A stretch of DNA of 64,000 bases from Monocercomonoides exilis PA203 (lineage: Eukaryota > Protista > Preaxostyla): positions 1,488,001 to 1,552,000 of the forward strand of contig LSRY02000012.1 in assembly GCA_001643675.2 (NCBI GenBank), in the 5' to 3' direction. A model generated the notes under the pieces. The model worked only from the letters and a program-made list of their open reading frames with translations, searched no databases and was not told the DNA's origin. Of the stretch, positions 37,871 through 51,200 are shown one piece after another (positions within the stretch are counted from its first letter, which is position 1; the number at the start of each line of letters is the position of its first letter). The position numbers and the translations under genes were made by a program.

Positions 37871-38204
37871 GGTTTCCTCTGGCTTCAATAAATGTTGAGG
37901 ATTGGTCCTATTTTTTTAAATAAAATTTATATTAGTTATATTATGGTTTTTATTTCTGGTGATTGAAAACTTATTTATCAATTAGAAAAAGAAAATAGCT
38001 CAAGAAAAGTTCTTTACCACATTAACTATGATTATAGTTCACATTAAACTCATCAAATATTGAAAAGCACATTAAAGATTTCAAAATACATACATTAAAA
38101 ATCAAAATTAATTTTTTGCTTATCATCCAATATAATCTTAACATATAAAATTTATGCTCCAAAAATACGAATGCATACACTACCTATAGCAGAATTTTCC
38201 CTAT

Positions 38205-38309
38205 CATCCATTGATGATTCAGTCTTGTTTGCATGGAGTGATGGAGAGCCATCCAGCACAGCAAAACGGCTCCCAGAGATAAGTAAGCCCGAGAAGACCT
38301 GAGTGGATG
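38205..38309 (+). ncRNA. Candidate box C/D snoRNA (copy 1)
   Basis: CATCCA-T-TGATGA (38212-17) ... CTGA (38299-302)-G-TGGATG: canonical C and D boxes closed by a 6-7 bp terminal stem; C'-like GTGATGG at 38238-44; ~105 nt. Confidence 0.7.
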
Positions 38310-38404
38310 CGCGCACTTTGCTTTTCGGGAGAGGTCTCATTCAACATCATTTGCTGATGATTTTGTCTGTTCGTTTGTCCTCTCTATCTTCTGAACTCTG
38401 ACTG

Positions 38405-38458
38405 TCAATCAATCAATCAATCAATCTTTCTTTCTATCTATCTATCTATCTTTCTTTC
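38405..38458. repeat. Compound microsatellite (CAAT)n/(CTAT)n/(CTTT)n
   Basis: Visible directly; mirrored at ~54678-54731. Confidence 0.85.
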
Positions 38459-38684
38459 TCAGATGTTGTGCAGCGGGCTGAAGCATTGCGGGCTTGCAGT
38501 CCTTCGAGCAGCGTGAATGCATCCAGGGGGGAAAAAGGGAAGGAGGAAGCGCAACAGCTGCAGAGGCAGATATATTCTGCTTCCCGGGAAGGCTCCAATC
38601 GCTGCCTCGAGAGCAGCCACTCTCCCCAAACCCCTTTCCTGCTGCCCAGCAAACACTCCCTCCGCCCCTGCGCCTCTGCCCCAC

Positions 38685-39421
38685 CTACTCTGCCTTGAAC
38701 TTCCACCCGCTCTGCATCCGCTTCTTCAGATACGCCGGCAGCTCATAAGGCGTTGGCGCATATCGCCTGGCCCATTCCGTTCCACACATTCCACACCCCA
38801 CAAAGCCCGCATCCACACAAGTCCAGCACACCCCACATCAGCCCCACCACACATTCCACACCCCCAAAAGCCCACATCCACAGAACACAATGCGAAAGCC
38901 ACCCCATCACCGCGTAACCAAAGCAATCAGTTCCCAAAAAAACAAGGCCAGCCCCAGCAAAGAAACAGAACATGAAACAAACCAAAAAAAGAAAAGAAAA
39001 AAGAAAAGAAAAAAATTGATGTGAACACATGAAAGGAATTATCAAACAAATTGAAAAATTAAAATAAAAATAAAAATAAAAAATTGAAACAAAATAAACC
39101 AGCCATCCGTTTTGCGTTGCCTTTTCGAAAATAAAAGCGAGAGACGCAAAAAGAAGAAGAAAAAAAGAAAAAAAGAAACACCAAATCCCGCTCCCCCGAG
39201 ACACACCACACAACCCCGCACATCCCCGCCATGATCAAGAACGACACCGCCACAAACGAGAACGCATTCATCCCGGCCAGCTCCGCCACCGCCCCGGCGC
39301 TTTTCCGCCCGCTAATCTTCGCCTCCTCCCACGTCTGCAGCCCTGCCGTCGCTCCGCAGTACACAAACCCCACAAAAAACGCAATCCCCGCCCACTTCAT
39401 AAACCGCTTCAGACTCAGCAT
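38685..39421 (-). CDS. Small two-TM hypothetical membrane protein (~114 aa), copy 1
   Basis: Mirror image of 53715-54451; the splice model is inferred (see copy 2). Confidence 0.55.
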
Positions 39422-40303
39422 CCTGCTTTTGCTTCCTCAAGAAAATTCCAAAAAAACAGAAAAATAAATGAGTTTTTTATCTTTCAAAAGTTTTATTACA
39501 TTTTAGGATCATTTGTTATTGAATGAAGTGAAATATATTCATTGTGATAAAAATGTGCTTTGCTTTTATCTTTTTCTTTATTTTATAAAAAAAATCTCAC
39601 ATTTGCATGTATTTTTAAAGAAAATCATGAATGAGAGTAATTTAAGAAATAATTGAGTGGAACAAAATTCAGAATGAAAAGAATTTCTTCCCAAATGATG
39701 AAATGAAGTAAATATTGATAAATATATGAAAGATGACTGAAGAAAATATTAAACCGCAAGTTTCAATAATTTGACGCTTTTGTATTTTAATTATTTTGAT
39801 AATTTTGTTTCTTTTAATTGAAAAAACAAATAAGAAAATATTCATTGTTTATAGAAATTTTTGTTTGAAAAATGCTTTTTAAATGTATTCAACATGACTA
39901 TTGAATTTCTTTTTGTTAAAATTTTCATGAAATAAATCAAAGATCAGTGTTAAAAAAGTCAAGAATATTTGAAAACTCTTAAAATTGATATAATTGAAGA
40001 GTAACTCAAAACATGTTGAAAAGCACCAAACTTCTAATGTAAAGTAATTTGTAAAAAGCATAAGGAACAAAAATTCGAAATGCTTTGCTAATTACGTTGT
40101 AATCTGCTTTAAAAAATATGCTCATTTTGTTCATCAAAGCCCGACGATTCTTTTCGGATATGGAATAAATCATTGCGTATTTCAAGATTATGCAATTTCA
40201 TCAAGATCCACTCGAAATGCAATTGCTTCAAATTTTTTATTTGTTGTGGGGCAAATGTTTCGTTTAATTTCTATGATTGAGATTATCCCTCAATATCTGC
40301 CCT

Positions 40304-41992
40304 TCATTCTTTTCTCATTTCTCCAATTATGTCTTCCTCCCATCCTCTATCCATTGCATCAAATATCCCATCAAGATTATCGTTGCTATCGTAATCAAAG
40401 CCTGCTCTTCCACCACTTCCTCCAATTCCTCTTCCGCTTTTCATTTCACCTCCTCCTTTCATTTCATTCCTCATAACTTTGCCTTCTTCATCATCACTTC
40501 CATATCCAACAGTATTGCTTTCGTGAAACCTTCCTTCTTCAAATGAATAAGTTTGATCCGACTTTGCTTCACTTTCGTGTGTATTTGCTGAAGGATCGCC
40601 ATCAAACGTGAATCTTTCCTTGTTTTCCTCTCCAATCCCTTCCAGGCGCTTCATCAGCATTTCTTTCATTTTCTTCATTTCAGCTTTCCTGACAAGCGCT
40701 GCATCGCTTCGCTCGCTTGTCCCAATGTGAGACCATTCATCCAAATATGCTCCATAATCCAGCTCTCGACTCCATTGCACAAGTTCATCAAGATTCAAGT
40801 TCCCTTTCTTTTTGTTCTTCTTTTCCATTTGCTCACTTTCTTCTCCTTCTCCTTCTTTTCCCTCAAATTCTTCACTTTCAGTTTTATTATCTTCTTCATT
40901 TATGCCCTCCATCTCTGCAATCATCTCATCCAAATCTCTGTCCATCTTTGCTGCAGCTCTCATCCATTTGATGGCTTTTGCTCTTTTTTGTTTCTCTCTC
41001 TCAGCTTTTGTCATTGGCTTCCCGTGCCTTTCAAGCTTGAAACGACCAAATGGAGAGTGATACATGGCGATGCGCGTCGTTGATGATCCCCACCCGCTTT
41101 CATCCAAAAGCCAATTCGGTGCCATAGATATCATTTGCTATTGTTAAATGAAAAAATAAACAAAAATAACGAAAATGAATAAATGTCTCAAACTTTGTAT
41201 CCTCGCTCATTAATTGCACGCCAATTGTTTTCTGTCCAATCATCTCTTACATACCAACCTTCAACATCTTTTTCATTCAATCCCTCAAGTTGACTATCGT
41301 CAATTGATTTTGAGATCGTTGCTAGAGTTCTCACAGAACTAACAGATGAAACAGACGAAGTGGAAGAAGTTGAAAACATAGAAGATGTAAGTCTTCTGTT
41401 ATCTTGGATATCTGTGCCTCGAAAGTCAAAAGGCATCGATCCTTCCGAAGAGCTTCCTTTTGAAAAATGTGATTTATTCTCATTTTTGTTATCACAAATG
41501 TTAGCTCTCATGAAACGTGGTCTTTTAGATTCTTTTTCAGCTCCATTCATTTTTCGAGATTGTCTAAAGGGTCGAGTGTAATCTCGAGGAGCAAATGAAT
41601 TAACATCACACAACGAAGCACGAATAAAAATTCTGCGAAAATTAAAGATAAAATATTGCAAAAATTATAATATTTGCTTCTTATAGATGGCCTTGCAAAC
41701 TTATAGTAAATCATTGGGGGAAAAGTTTCACCTCCAAGTCTAAATCTAACACAACCGCTAACAGCTGGGTCAATTAATTCTGCCTCTATTGGATTCAATC
41801 CACGTATTATTTGAACGGGATCTCCTTGTTCATGAAAATTGATTAAATCTCTATAAAATCCGAATAATTTTTTATCCTGCATTTGAAATAATAAACAAGC
41901 AAAAATAGTTCAAAGCAAGATACTGTATAGCGTCTCCAAGCCCTTTGAATTACACAAGCAGCATTATCCTCAATATCTGATTTTAAATCCAT
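40304..41992 (-). CDS. C11orf65: C11orf65/MFI-like IQ-motif protein, multi-exon
   Basis: AACVIQRAWRRY|...QGDPVQIIRGLNPIEAELIDPA...VRFRLGGETFPPMIYYK|IF...CDVNSFAPRDYT, GWYVR...NNWRAI, DELVQWSRELDYGAYLDEW. These match the family motifs in order. First intron 41923-41877. Confidence 0.8.
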
Positions 41993-42056
41993 AAAAATAA
42001 ATTTATAACCGAACTGCTCCAATAATAATTTTTTAATCGATCAACTCAGAATTGAT

Positions 42057-44143
42057 CATGAGATGAAATGTTGCAGAAGCTATTTTAGTTGGAAGCAATT
42101 ATTTCAATGATTCAAGAACGGATTTCATCCCATCACCATTTCTTACAGAAATCTGACTTTCATTCGAAGATAAAAATTGAGGAAACAGTAAATGTTTCAA
42201 AATAATATAACTTTCGGATAACGTTATAGAAGCAATGACTAATTACGCATTCATATGGATCAATTGCATGTTGAAGCAAAGAGTAATAAAGAAAATATGA
42301 TAAATGAAGAAATGAGGAAAACAGAAGAAGAAGAAAAGCAAAAGGAAGAAAAAGTAAAAAGAGCTGAAATCGAAAAAGAAAGAAAGCGATTGAATGAGCT
42401 TATTTCAAAGCAGAAAGAAATTGTCGAGAAAAAAGAAGAAATACTTCCAATTCCGAGATAACTTGAAGAAATGGAGCAAATGTATTCAACTATGATAGAG
42501 AATTTGAAGGAGAAAATATCTCATTATGATGCAGATGAGAGAGAAGAAGAGAAAGAAAAGGAGAAAGAGAAAGAGAAGGACAAGAAGGAAAGAAGGACAA
42601 TGAGAAGAAAGAGAAATAGAAAGAGAAAGAAAGGAAATCTTTGAAGCATGGCGATGTAAATGATAATACATCAAAAGTCTCTTCAGTCGAAGATCAAGAA
42701 AAAATCAAGACCGATTCAAACATTTCAAAGGAGAATGCAAATGTTTTGAAAAATCTGAATGATAATTGTGAAGAGAGAGAAGGACAATCACATGGAAAAG
42801 AGCAAACTGATGTTGTTCTATGTACAAGACCGATTACTTTTGAAGGGGCAGACAATGAAAAGGAGCAGTAAAATTTGCCTTCGCTTTCGTTGTCTCTTGA
42901 GACATTCACACTCCTTCATCTCTTCCAACTCATCAGACGATGCAACAGACGAATTCGATCCTGTTCACTTTCCTTTCTAATTTTCACAAAGAGCAATCTA
43001 CCCATCGAAAGGATGGCGTTACTCAAAATTCTTCTTCCTTGTTATCGCAACAGCTGCCAAGTCAAGTCGCACAGAATCAGACGCAGCCATTCAATTCATT
43101 TTCAACGAATTCTTCCTCAATGAGCCAAAGCTGCATCAGCAGCTCATCAAATTCACTGGGAATGGAAATGCAAAAAACAGCTGGACCTGCAGATGCTCAA
43201 ATGCAAATTTCTCCTGCTCGCAATATTTTGATGAGTGACAGATCAAATAAAATTTCTCATAGTCCAACATCACTTTCTTCATTATCATCTTTTCCTTCTT
43301 CTTATCATGGAACTTCTCGATTCCCACCACAAAGTACAGCATCACCCTCTCAATCTTTTACGTTGCCAATTCCAAAAATTATGTCGAAAATAAGAATTTT
43401 CGAAAGCAAAAATACAACAGATATCATCAGCAGACATCGCCCTCTCCGATTTCTTTGCAATCAATATTTAGTGATCACTTCGATCAGCAAAATGACAGAC
43501 AAGCAACTCCATCGAAGAATTCATACAGTCAAGCCACACAACCTCGAATATCCAGGCCTTCCTCTTCATACCAATCTCAGTCTGGATATCACCACATGAG
43601 CAGCATACCTGACATGCCAAAGAATTCCAATTTATCCACACGATCCAAAAGAAGCAGCGGCTCCTTCCACAACCCTTCTCTGCCATCTGTTGTGGCAAAA
43701 TCAGTTTCATCTCCAGATGCCAACAAAACATCGCTCATTTTTGTTAAGCAGCCAGCACGGTTATCAGTCACACCAAATTATGTATTCCTTTCTCATAACA
43801 TCGCAAATCCTCCGAGTCAGCCTCAGCCTCAGCCTCAGCCTCAGCCTCAATTCCAGTCACAGTCTTATGATTTAACTCAGCCATCTGTCGATTGAAATCA
43901 ACAAAAAACTGAATCTGCTTCATCTTCTTCTCCAATTAGCATTCCGGCAGTTTCTCCTTTATCACAATCCAGCCAACAATCTTCTCCTCCAAAGATGCAG
44001 CTGGCATCATCTCAGCCATCGACTTCATCTGAATTTCCTTCTGTTCATTCAACAACACAGCTCATTAACGAAGCAGTTCGTCAAATAAGATCACAACCTT
44101 CTGCTCCCTCTTACACAGCTTTTTTACCATTTGCGACTTCATA
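42057..44143 (+). pseudogene. Frameshifted low-complexity/coiled-coil gene (pseudogene or sequence errors)
   Basis: Coding-like Glu/Lys-rich then Ser/Pro/Gln-rich sequence is broken across frames (42255-42461, 42641-42871, 42940-43599, 43455-43895) without AT-rich intron-like spacers. Confidence 0.55.
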
Positions 44144-45226
44144 GAATGAAACTTAGAAATATATGTTTTCTTTTTCTTTTCATTTTTGTTTTATTCAATC
44201 TTTTTTCACTCACATTTCCTCTTGAGATTTTTAGGTTCTTGTAGCTTTAAGCACACAAGAATATTTAAGAAATAAATAATTCTTAGTGCTTTGTGAATAA
44301 CTATAAATATATGCATTTCTTATATGCCAAAAAAAATTTTTTTTTTTATTTTTGAGTGATTTGCTTATATTAATATGACAATTTGGAATGAAGATGAATT
44401 TTGAAAAAAATGAAATCTCTCCCATCATAAATTCGTTTTCATTTGATCAATATTTTCTGATAAAATTCACCATAAATTGGCTTGCAGCGTAATTTACGAT
44501 ATGAAAACAATCATACAAGTTAACCTTTTAACATGCTTACGATTTGGATCCTCATAAAAGAGATTTAATTGTTCATAAGTGAGTTCGCATCATTTGCATT
44601 CCAATGAAGATTTTGGTGGAAATAAAAGGAGTCAATGTTATTGGCGGAATAAACTTCTTACAAATAATTCTATATAACTTTTTACCGACAAATTTCTTGG
44701 ATTTCAAAGTTATACAAAAATGCAACAACAAGTTATAAAAATCTTCAGATGGAATTTATTTTCAAGCAATTGTTCTATAAAACAGCAGAGCTACTATCAC
44801 GTTCATAACAAATCATATGAAAATGATGGAGCATACTGACAACTCAAACATTCCATTAACTATCACACGAAAAGAATAATTAAATAAAGAAAACGGTTTT
44901 CAATCCATATTCAAAGCGTTCGAAATACCTGTTGAACTTGATTCATTGAACGCATCTCTAAAAGGAGCAAATGATTTTACAATTACAAAGAAAACCACTG
45001 TTTGTTTGCAAAATCAAAGAACATTAAAATTTTCCTTCATAATCAAGTGTTGACGATTGTGTACTACTTCAAAGAGGCAATTACTTCAATATCTGTACAG
45101 CAGAACATCAGTTTGAAGAATCCAAACGAACAGATAGAAAGATTTCAGATTGAAATATTGGAATCGCAATCATTCTTCTCAAATGTAAAGGGAAATGGGA
45201 GATCGAAAAAACTTAACGATTATTAC

Positions 45227-48200
45227 CTAATTTTCACTATTAACTCTATTTTCCAGCACACTTCTGCTTTCTAAATCTTCAGTGCGTTCACTTTCTCTGT
45301 AACAACCGCTGTTGCACTCGACAGCATCTGTCATTGTCAGTACAGCAGCACCTGGTGGGAAGCGCTGGATGAACTCGCGCTTCAGCAAAGTCAATGTGGG
45401 CCTTTGTGGGGCATATCCAGACAAGCAGCACTTGGCAACATTCTCCATTGAGGAAGTGCTTATTTTTTCAAAATTCGGTCTTTCTCCATTCACAATCTTC
45501 TGGCCTGCCACATCGGTCTCATAATCTCCAAACGGAATCTGGAGCGTCAGACACTCCCACAGCATCATCCCGATCGAGAATGAAGCTGACTCCTTTGTTG
45601 CTCCCATCTTCTTGTTGATCAGCAGCTCTGGCGCCTTCCACCTCAAACACTCTTTTTTGAAGTCATCCTCATCCTCAAATGCTGATGAAGGAAGAGAGTC
45701 TTCATCATCACTTGCAGACGTAATAACAGTCGATGAAGAGATGGATGATGAATCTGAATCATCAGATGAGAAGTCAGAATGCATCACAATGCAAATGACC
45801 ATGTGTTCTGAGAATATTACAATGTGAGGACTCAGATTGGCAAGTGACTGAAGAGGATTTTCCATCTCATCAAAGGAGTGGAGTGCAAGGTTAGCCACCC
45901 AAAACAGGATTTGGGCAGCTGTCATCTCCCTCTCTTCCAACGTTCCAATCGCCATCTCTTTCTTCTCGTTTCTTCCATGAAAAAGCATGAACAGAGAATC
46001 CCTCAAATCAACTATCAGTTTTTCATGTGGCGAGGAGCAAGCCATTGCATCCACCAGATTCGACATCGATGAAGTGGTGGGGCACAGATTTTCCGATCGA
46101 ACAAAGGTGGATTCTGTGTCTGAAGTGTCTGTTGTCGAAGTGGATGAAATGGAAGGAGATGGAGTTCGTTTTCTTTTATCTTCCTCATCTTCCTTTTCAT
46201 CAACCTTTTCCAGCATCCATTGAGGAATCTTGTCTGAATCTCTGCCTAAGATGTATTCAGTGGAGCCACTTTCAGAGAGAAGGTGCTCTGATGACTCTGA
46301 ATGTTCCATATTCGTATCATATATTCTCTTCTTGATCCTTTCCTCGTTCTTCTTCTCTGCCTCCCTTTCTGCTCTCCTCCACTGATCTTCAGGAGACATC
46401 TCCATCGTCACCATCTCAAATGTCTTCGGATCTTTTCTGATATTATCATTCACAATCTCTCTCAGATCTTCGGCTTCATTCTTCACCTTTCTCCAACGAA
46501 CAGTAGAAATCACAGCAATCATCAAAACAACAAAAAGAACAATTGCCATAACAATTACAACCAGAATCCACCACGACTTCTTCTCATTTCCACCTTCCGC
46601 AATCCTTTCATCTCCTTTTGCCTTTGTTTCACTTCTATTCTTCAGAATGAATGACTGGGTTGATGAGGGAGAATCGGCATTCCCAAACAGAAGACACACC
46701 CTCACCTCTTCTGATTCTTCTTCTGCTTCTGTCTCTGGCTCAACTTCTGAGGAAAAAATGGCACACCAGGCCTCGTGCTCATCCACAAACCCATCCTCCC
46801 CAAACTCATGCCTCTCAATGTGCTGCTCAGAGCGGAGTGAGCGCACCAGCTGGCAGGAGAGGTTGCAGGGGAGCAGGAGCTCACCCACAAACCTGAGCTT
46901 GGCCTGTGTGCCTTCCACTTCCATCTGCACCTCGCGCAGCTCAGGGACAAACAAAGCAGATGGTCGATCTGAGGCCAAACCCTTCAGAGTGCACCCATCA
47001 TTCAGAATCCACAGCGATGAATTGTCTTTCAACCCGTCGCCTCCCTTCAGGCTCACCACATCCACCACAGCAGAGCTTGTGCAGACAACATTTCTTCGAG
47101 CTGATGGATATTGCGGAAGGGAAGGCGTGTTGTTCACAAACATCCCCATGGTGATGTTAACATTCCCACCTGATATCGACAGCGCTCCTTGTGTAGAGTT
47201 TGTAATTGTTGTGTCTATCAATTCAGCCTGGCACCTCGTTAATGCAACCAAAGAGCCTTTCCATTGGCAGATCTCATTCTCCTCTTCTGTATTTATTTTT
47301 CCTTCTTTCTTATTTTCCTCACCACATTTTCCGATAAAGCAGGCATCCAGCACAATCTCTGTACAATCAGCCACGCTGATCATACATCCTTCGTTCTGTT
47401 CCACCACCATCCCTGAATACGAGCAGTTGCTTAGATGGATGCAGGCTGAGGAATCATTAGACGAGACAAAACTGGATCCTGTTGATTTATGCCTCATGGC
47501 TGACAGCGAGCAGTGCTCCAGTCTCACGGAAGTACTGAATTCTGTTGCTATGCCTGCAAGTTGTGCCTCATGCTCCACGAACAGAAGTGGTTGAGCAACC
47601 GATGTTGCATTGTGCATTTTCCAGTCACGGATGGACACGTTTGTGCTGAGGCTGGGGTGGATAAGGAAGAGGCAGCAGCGCGTGCACAGCCCAACAACCT
47701 CGCTCTGATCGATCACCAGACTGCCTCCATAAATGTCTATCAGCGGACATTCCAGACCGATCAACGAGCGTTGTGCCTCTTCCTCGAACAGACAGTCCTG
47801 AAACATAGTTTCTCCTTTTTCCACCTTGAAAATACACACGAAACTCTCAGAGAACCCACACTTGATTACGAAATCAACACGAACATACGACACATAATTC
47901 TTGTGAGTGATGCACGATTCTCCTGCATCTATACCTCCAACGTCTATTGCCACCTTGCACTGTTCAGCTGACCGAGATACAATCATTATGTCCTCCAGTT
48001 TCAGTACCCTTGCCACAAGCGATTCCTTATCCACAACCAGCTGACTAACCACATCGTTTGTTAGGTGCGTCACTCCGTAGTTCACTGTCAGGCAAGGAGT
48101 CTTCTGCCTCCCACACTGCCTTTCGTCCTTCCCACCCTTTCCTTCTGCAGCGCTCACCAGGATCACATCGTTCTGGTACACTATAATCAGTTCAATCAGG

Positions 48201-51200
48201 TCGATAGGTGTTTTGTGATGTTTGCTATCCATCCCGAAAATCGCATTAACTAAGTAATATTCTGAGTCGCGGAAGTCGAGCCTGAACTGACTCTCGTTGA
48301 TCTGCTCATCAATATCAAAGCACTCCACAAATATATCACGGCCCACCAGTGCTTTATTCCCACTGAATGTGCACTTCTCAAACACGCACTTCAACTCGCC
48401 CTCTTCCACGCTCCGCACGTATACTCCGCCTCCCATTCCGCTTTCACCGCTGCATTCACAATTACCAACTTCCGATCTGTTCACACTAATAAATCCGCCT
48501 TTCCCCATATCTATCATGACAGAACCTCCTCTGTCACTCCCTCTAGTTTTGCATTCCGTCATCTTCGTCTCGTTCACATCCACAGCTGTTCCTGAGCCGC
48601 CTTCCTCGCACCATACAAAGCCAGCCTTCTCATCCAAACTTGTCAGAGATTCAATTGTCGAGTTCACTATTGAAAGCACACTGATATCTCCATCCTCATT
48701 TTCATTCCTACCTCCTCCATTCTCCAACAACATCTGAAAAATACTCCCTGAGACAACAATAACTGACGACAGTTCAAAACCTGATACACAACACTTAGAG
48801 CCTCTCTGGATCTCTAACAATCCTCTGCCAAGATGCAGCGGCCAAACTCGAAAGGATAAAATATCTGCACTACCTTTCTTCATCGAAAGGAACATGCACT
48901 CAACAGCCTCTGTGCTATTTCCCACTGCTCCAAAAGAACATTTTTCAATCCTCAAACAATCTCCCTCGTTCACTACAGCTGCCTTCTCTCTATTCTCAAA
49001 ATTGCATGCCACCAGCACGTTTATTCTTCTCATCTCCATCTTATCCTTGTTCCAGAGCAATGTATTGTCTTCGTCCATGGATGGACTTAAGAACATGATT
49101 GACGATGTGATATTCTCATCTTCTTCTTCCTCTTCTTCTGCTGTCGTTGATGATCTTCCATTACTCCCGATTATGCTCACTCCAGACACATCCAGTGTGC
49201 ATTTGATTTCTTCATCGCTTTCCACAAGTAGGTTAAGTGCGATCTCGTTGCGATCTAAGTGGCGTAAACCTTCCCATAACGTTTTGCATGGCCATTCTAA
49301 ACTTCCGCACCTCTTCAGGTCTGCACCCTCCTTCGAGACATGCACATCTCCGCTCACATGCTTCACCAGAAACAGCAGCAGATCGATTCCTTTAAAATCC
49401 GAGTCTTCTCCCACAAACATGTTTGGATTGTTGCTAAACTGAGCATAATCGAAACTGAATGTTTCATCGGTAACCGAACTGTTCAGATTCTGTGCGCACA
49501 AATAGATGTTCATCCCCACAGACGCATTATTTTCATCAAACGTTATGCTCTCAAAATGAAATGGAAGTGACACTTCTGACTCGTTGCATTCCAGTCGCAA
49601 AAACCCTCCTTTCCCGTTTCTAGCACTGCACTTGCACCTTCTGGATGTGGCATTTCTTATTTCTATCAACTCTGTCCCAGTGAGCCGTGCGTTGCATGCA
49701 CCTCCATCAGCTACGATTCCCGTATCAATGCTTTGGAATGTGCAGTTGACTATACTGCAGCTGCATTGCAGCACCAGCGGTTCGCTCCCGAATTCCATCC
49801 CAGCAACAATACACTTTATCAGCTTGACGGTTCCCCCGCTGGCGAAGATTAGCTTGAATGACCGTTCCACATTTCTGGTACTGCTGAAAGTGCATGTATG
49901 GCATTCCAGTGTTCCTGTGACTGAACGCAGGATCCACCTCACATTGCTCTTCAATTCCTCCGGAAGCAGCATTTCCACATTCTTTAGCACAAACTTTCCA
50001 ACATTTCTCATCACATGCTCCACATCAGACTCAGGCACAGGGTTTGATCCAGCACCTGGTATCACTGAGTGCAGATATGGGGAGATTGAAAGTGTAATTT
50101 GTGTGTCTGAATCAGAAGAATCCACAGACAGCGCTGTAGCGTCGTAATGATCTTCGACTGTTGCTGAGTTGAGAATTGATAGCTCGATTAGTTCTGTATC
50201 TGCACTCTGCTCAACTGTGTTTCTGAATCCTCGCCAAAACGAGCTACATGGATACTCTGCAGCACCGCACCCAATAACATCATACCCCGTGTTCGACACG
50301 CACACTCTCCTCCGCTTCGTATGCACAACAAACAGATGCAGATCCACTGGTGTGGAAAATGAATCGATGTCTGTTCCCATCATATCACCCAGCTGGATCT
50401 CATTCTCCTCAAATAGCGAAGCAGAAATGCTTGTGGGTGTGATAGTGCTGTTTAGCTGAATGCATTTGACGAACACATCTCTCCCCTCGACAGCATTGTT
50501 TCCGCTGAATTGTACCAGTAGCAGTTCGAAGTGCACATCTTTACTCTCCAGATTCACATAGGCGCATCCACCTCTTCCTTCCATTCCACTTGCTCCTCGC
50601 TGAGCACAGCACAAGGCAAACTCCACAACACTAAAATTCCCTATCTTCAGAGTTCCTTTATGTTTTACACGCACAGACAGGCATCCTCCGCTTCCTTCTT
50701 CACAGCAACATTGTGAAAACGAAATGTTGTTCAGAATCAGTGCGTCATCTTCCTCCACACTCAGCTCGATCACTGTTCCATCTCCCTTCTGCCGTGAAAT
50801 TCCTCCGAATCTTACGTCTTCAGCAGCCAGTGCATGAGGGGAATTGAGAGTGAAAAGTGGCTTATTATTCAATCTGATGGATTCCACTATACAGTGCTTC
50901 AGTTTCATCATTCCACTGCTGGCATGAAGCATCGAGCATCCAAATATTTGTGATCCATCAGAACTGATTGTCATCTGATACAGCGATATCACTCCCGTAT
51001 CCCCACTCACACGAAACAATCCAGATCCAGAGTTTGAACCATGAACCACATTTACTGATGAAACACTTAGAGATCCACTAGAAACAGAAAAAAGCCAGCA
51101 CGAGTTTCCAATTTGTGTTGGACTCATCACACACGCACAGCCAGGCTGTGTGCTTCCAACTATTGCAACTAACTTTGAACCTATGTTCACACCTTCTGAA

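Larger units (their letters stand above)
38189..39501. repeat. Copy 1 of a ~1.3-kb near-identical inverted duplication
   Basis: Reverse complement of 53637-54947 (paired coordinates sum to 93136). The ORF track shows the same peptides on opposite strands. Confidence 0.97.

Noticed and set aside
38354-38401. Second possible C/D pair (CTGATGA ... CTGA)
   Set aside because: Too short (<50 nt), with no convincing terminal stem or recognisable guide.
42869-42871. In-frame TAA that could suggest TAA/TAG=Gln recoding, as in some oxymonads
   Set aside because: Conserved genes here end at the expected positions with TAG (thioesterase, SCAI) and TAA (SsnA), and multi-kb Gln-rich ORFs contain no TAR codons.
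44450-45200. Faintly coding-like AT-rich tract downstream of the receptor gene
   Set aside because: Stops in all frames and no recognisable motif; cannot be supported as a feature.
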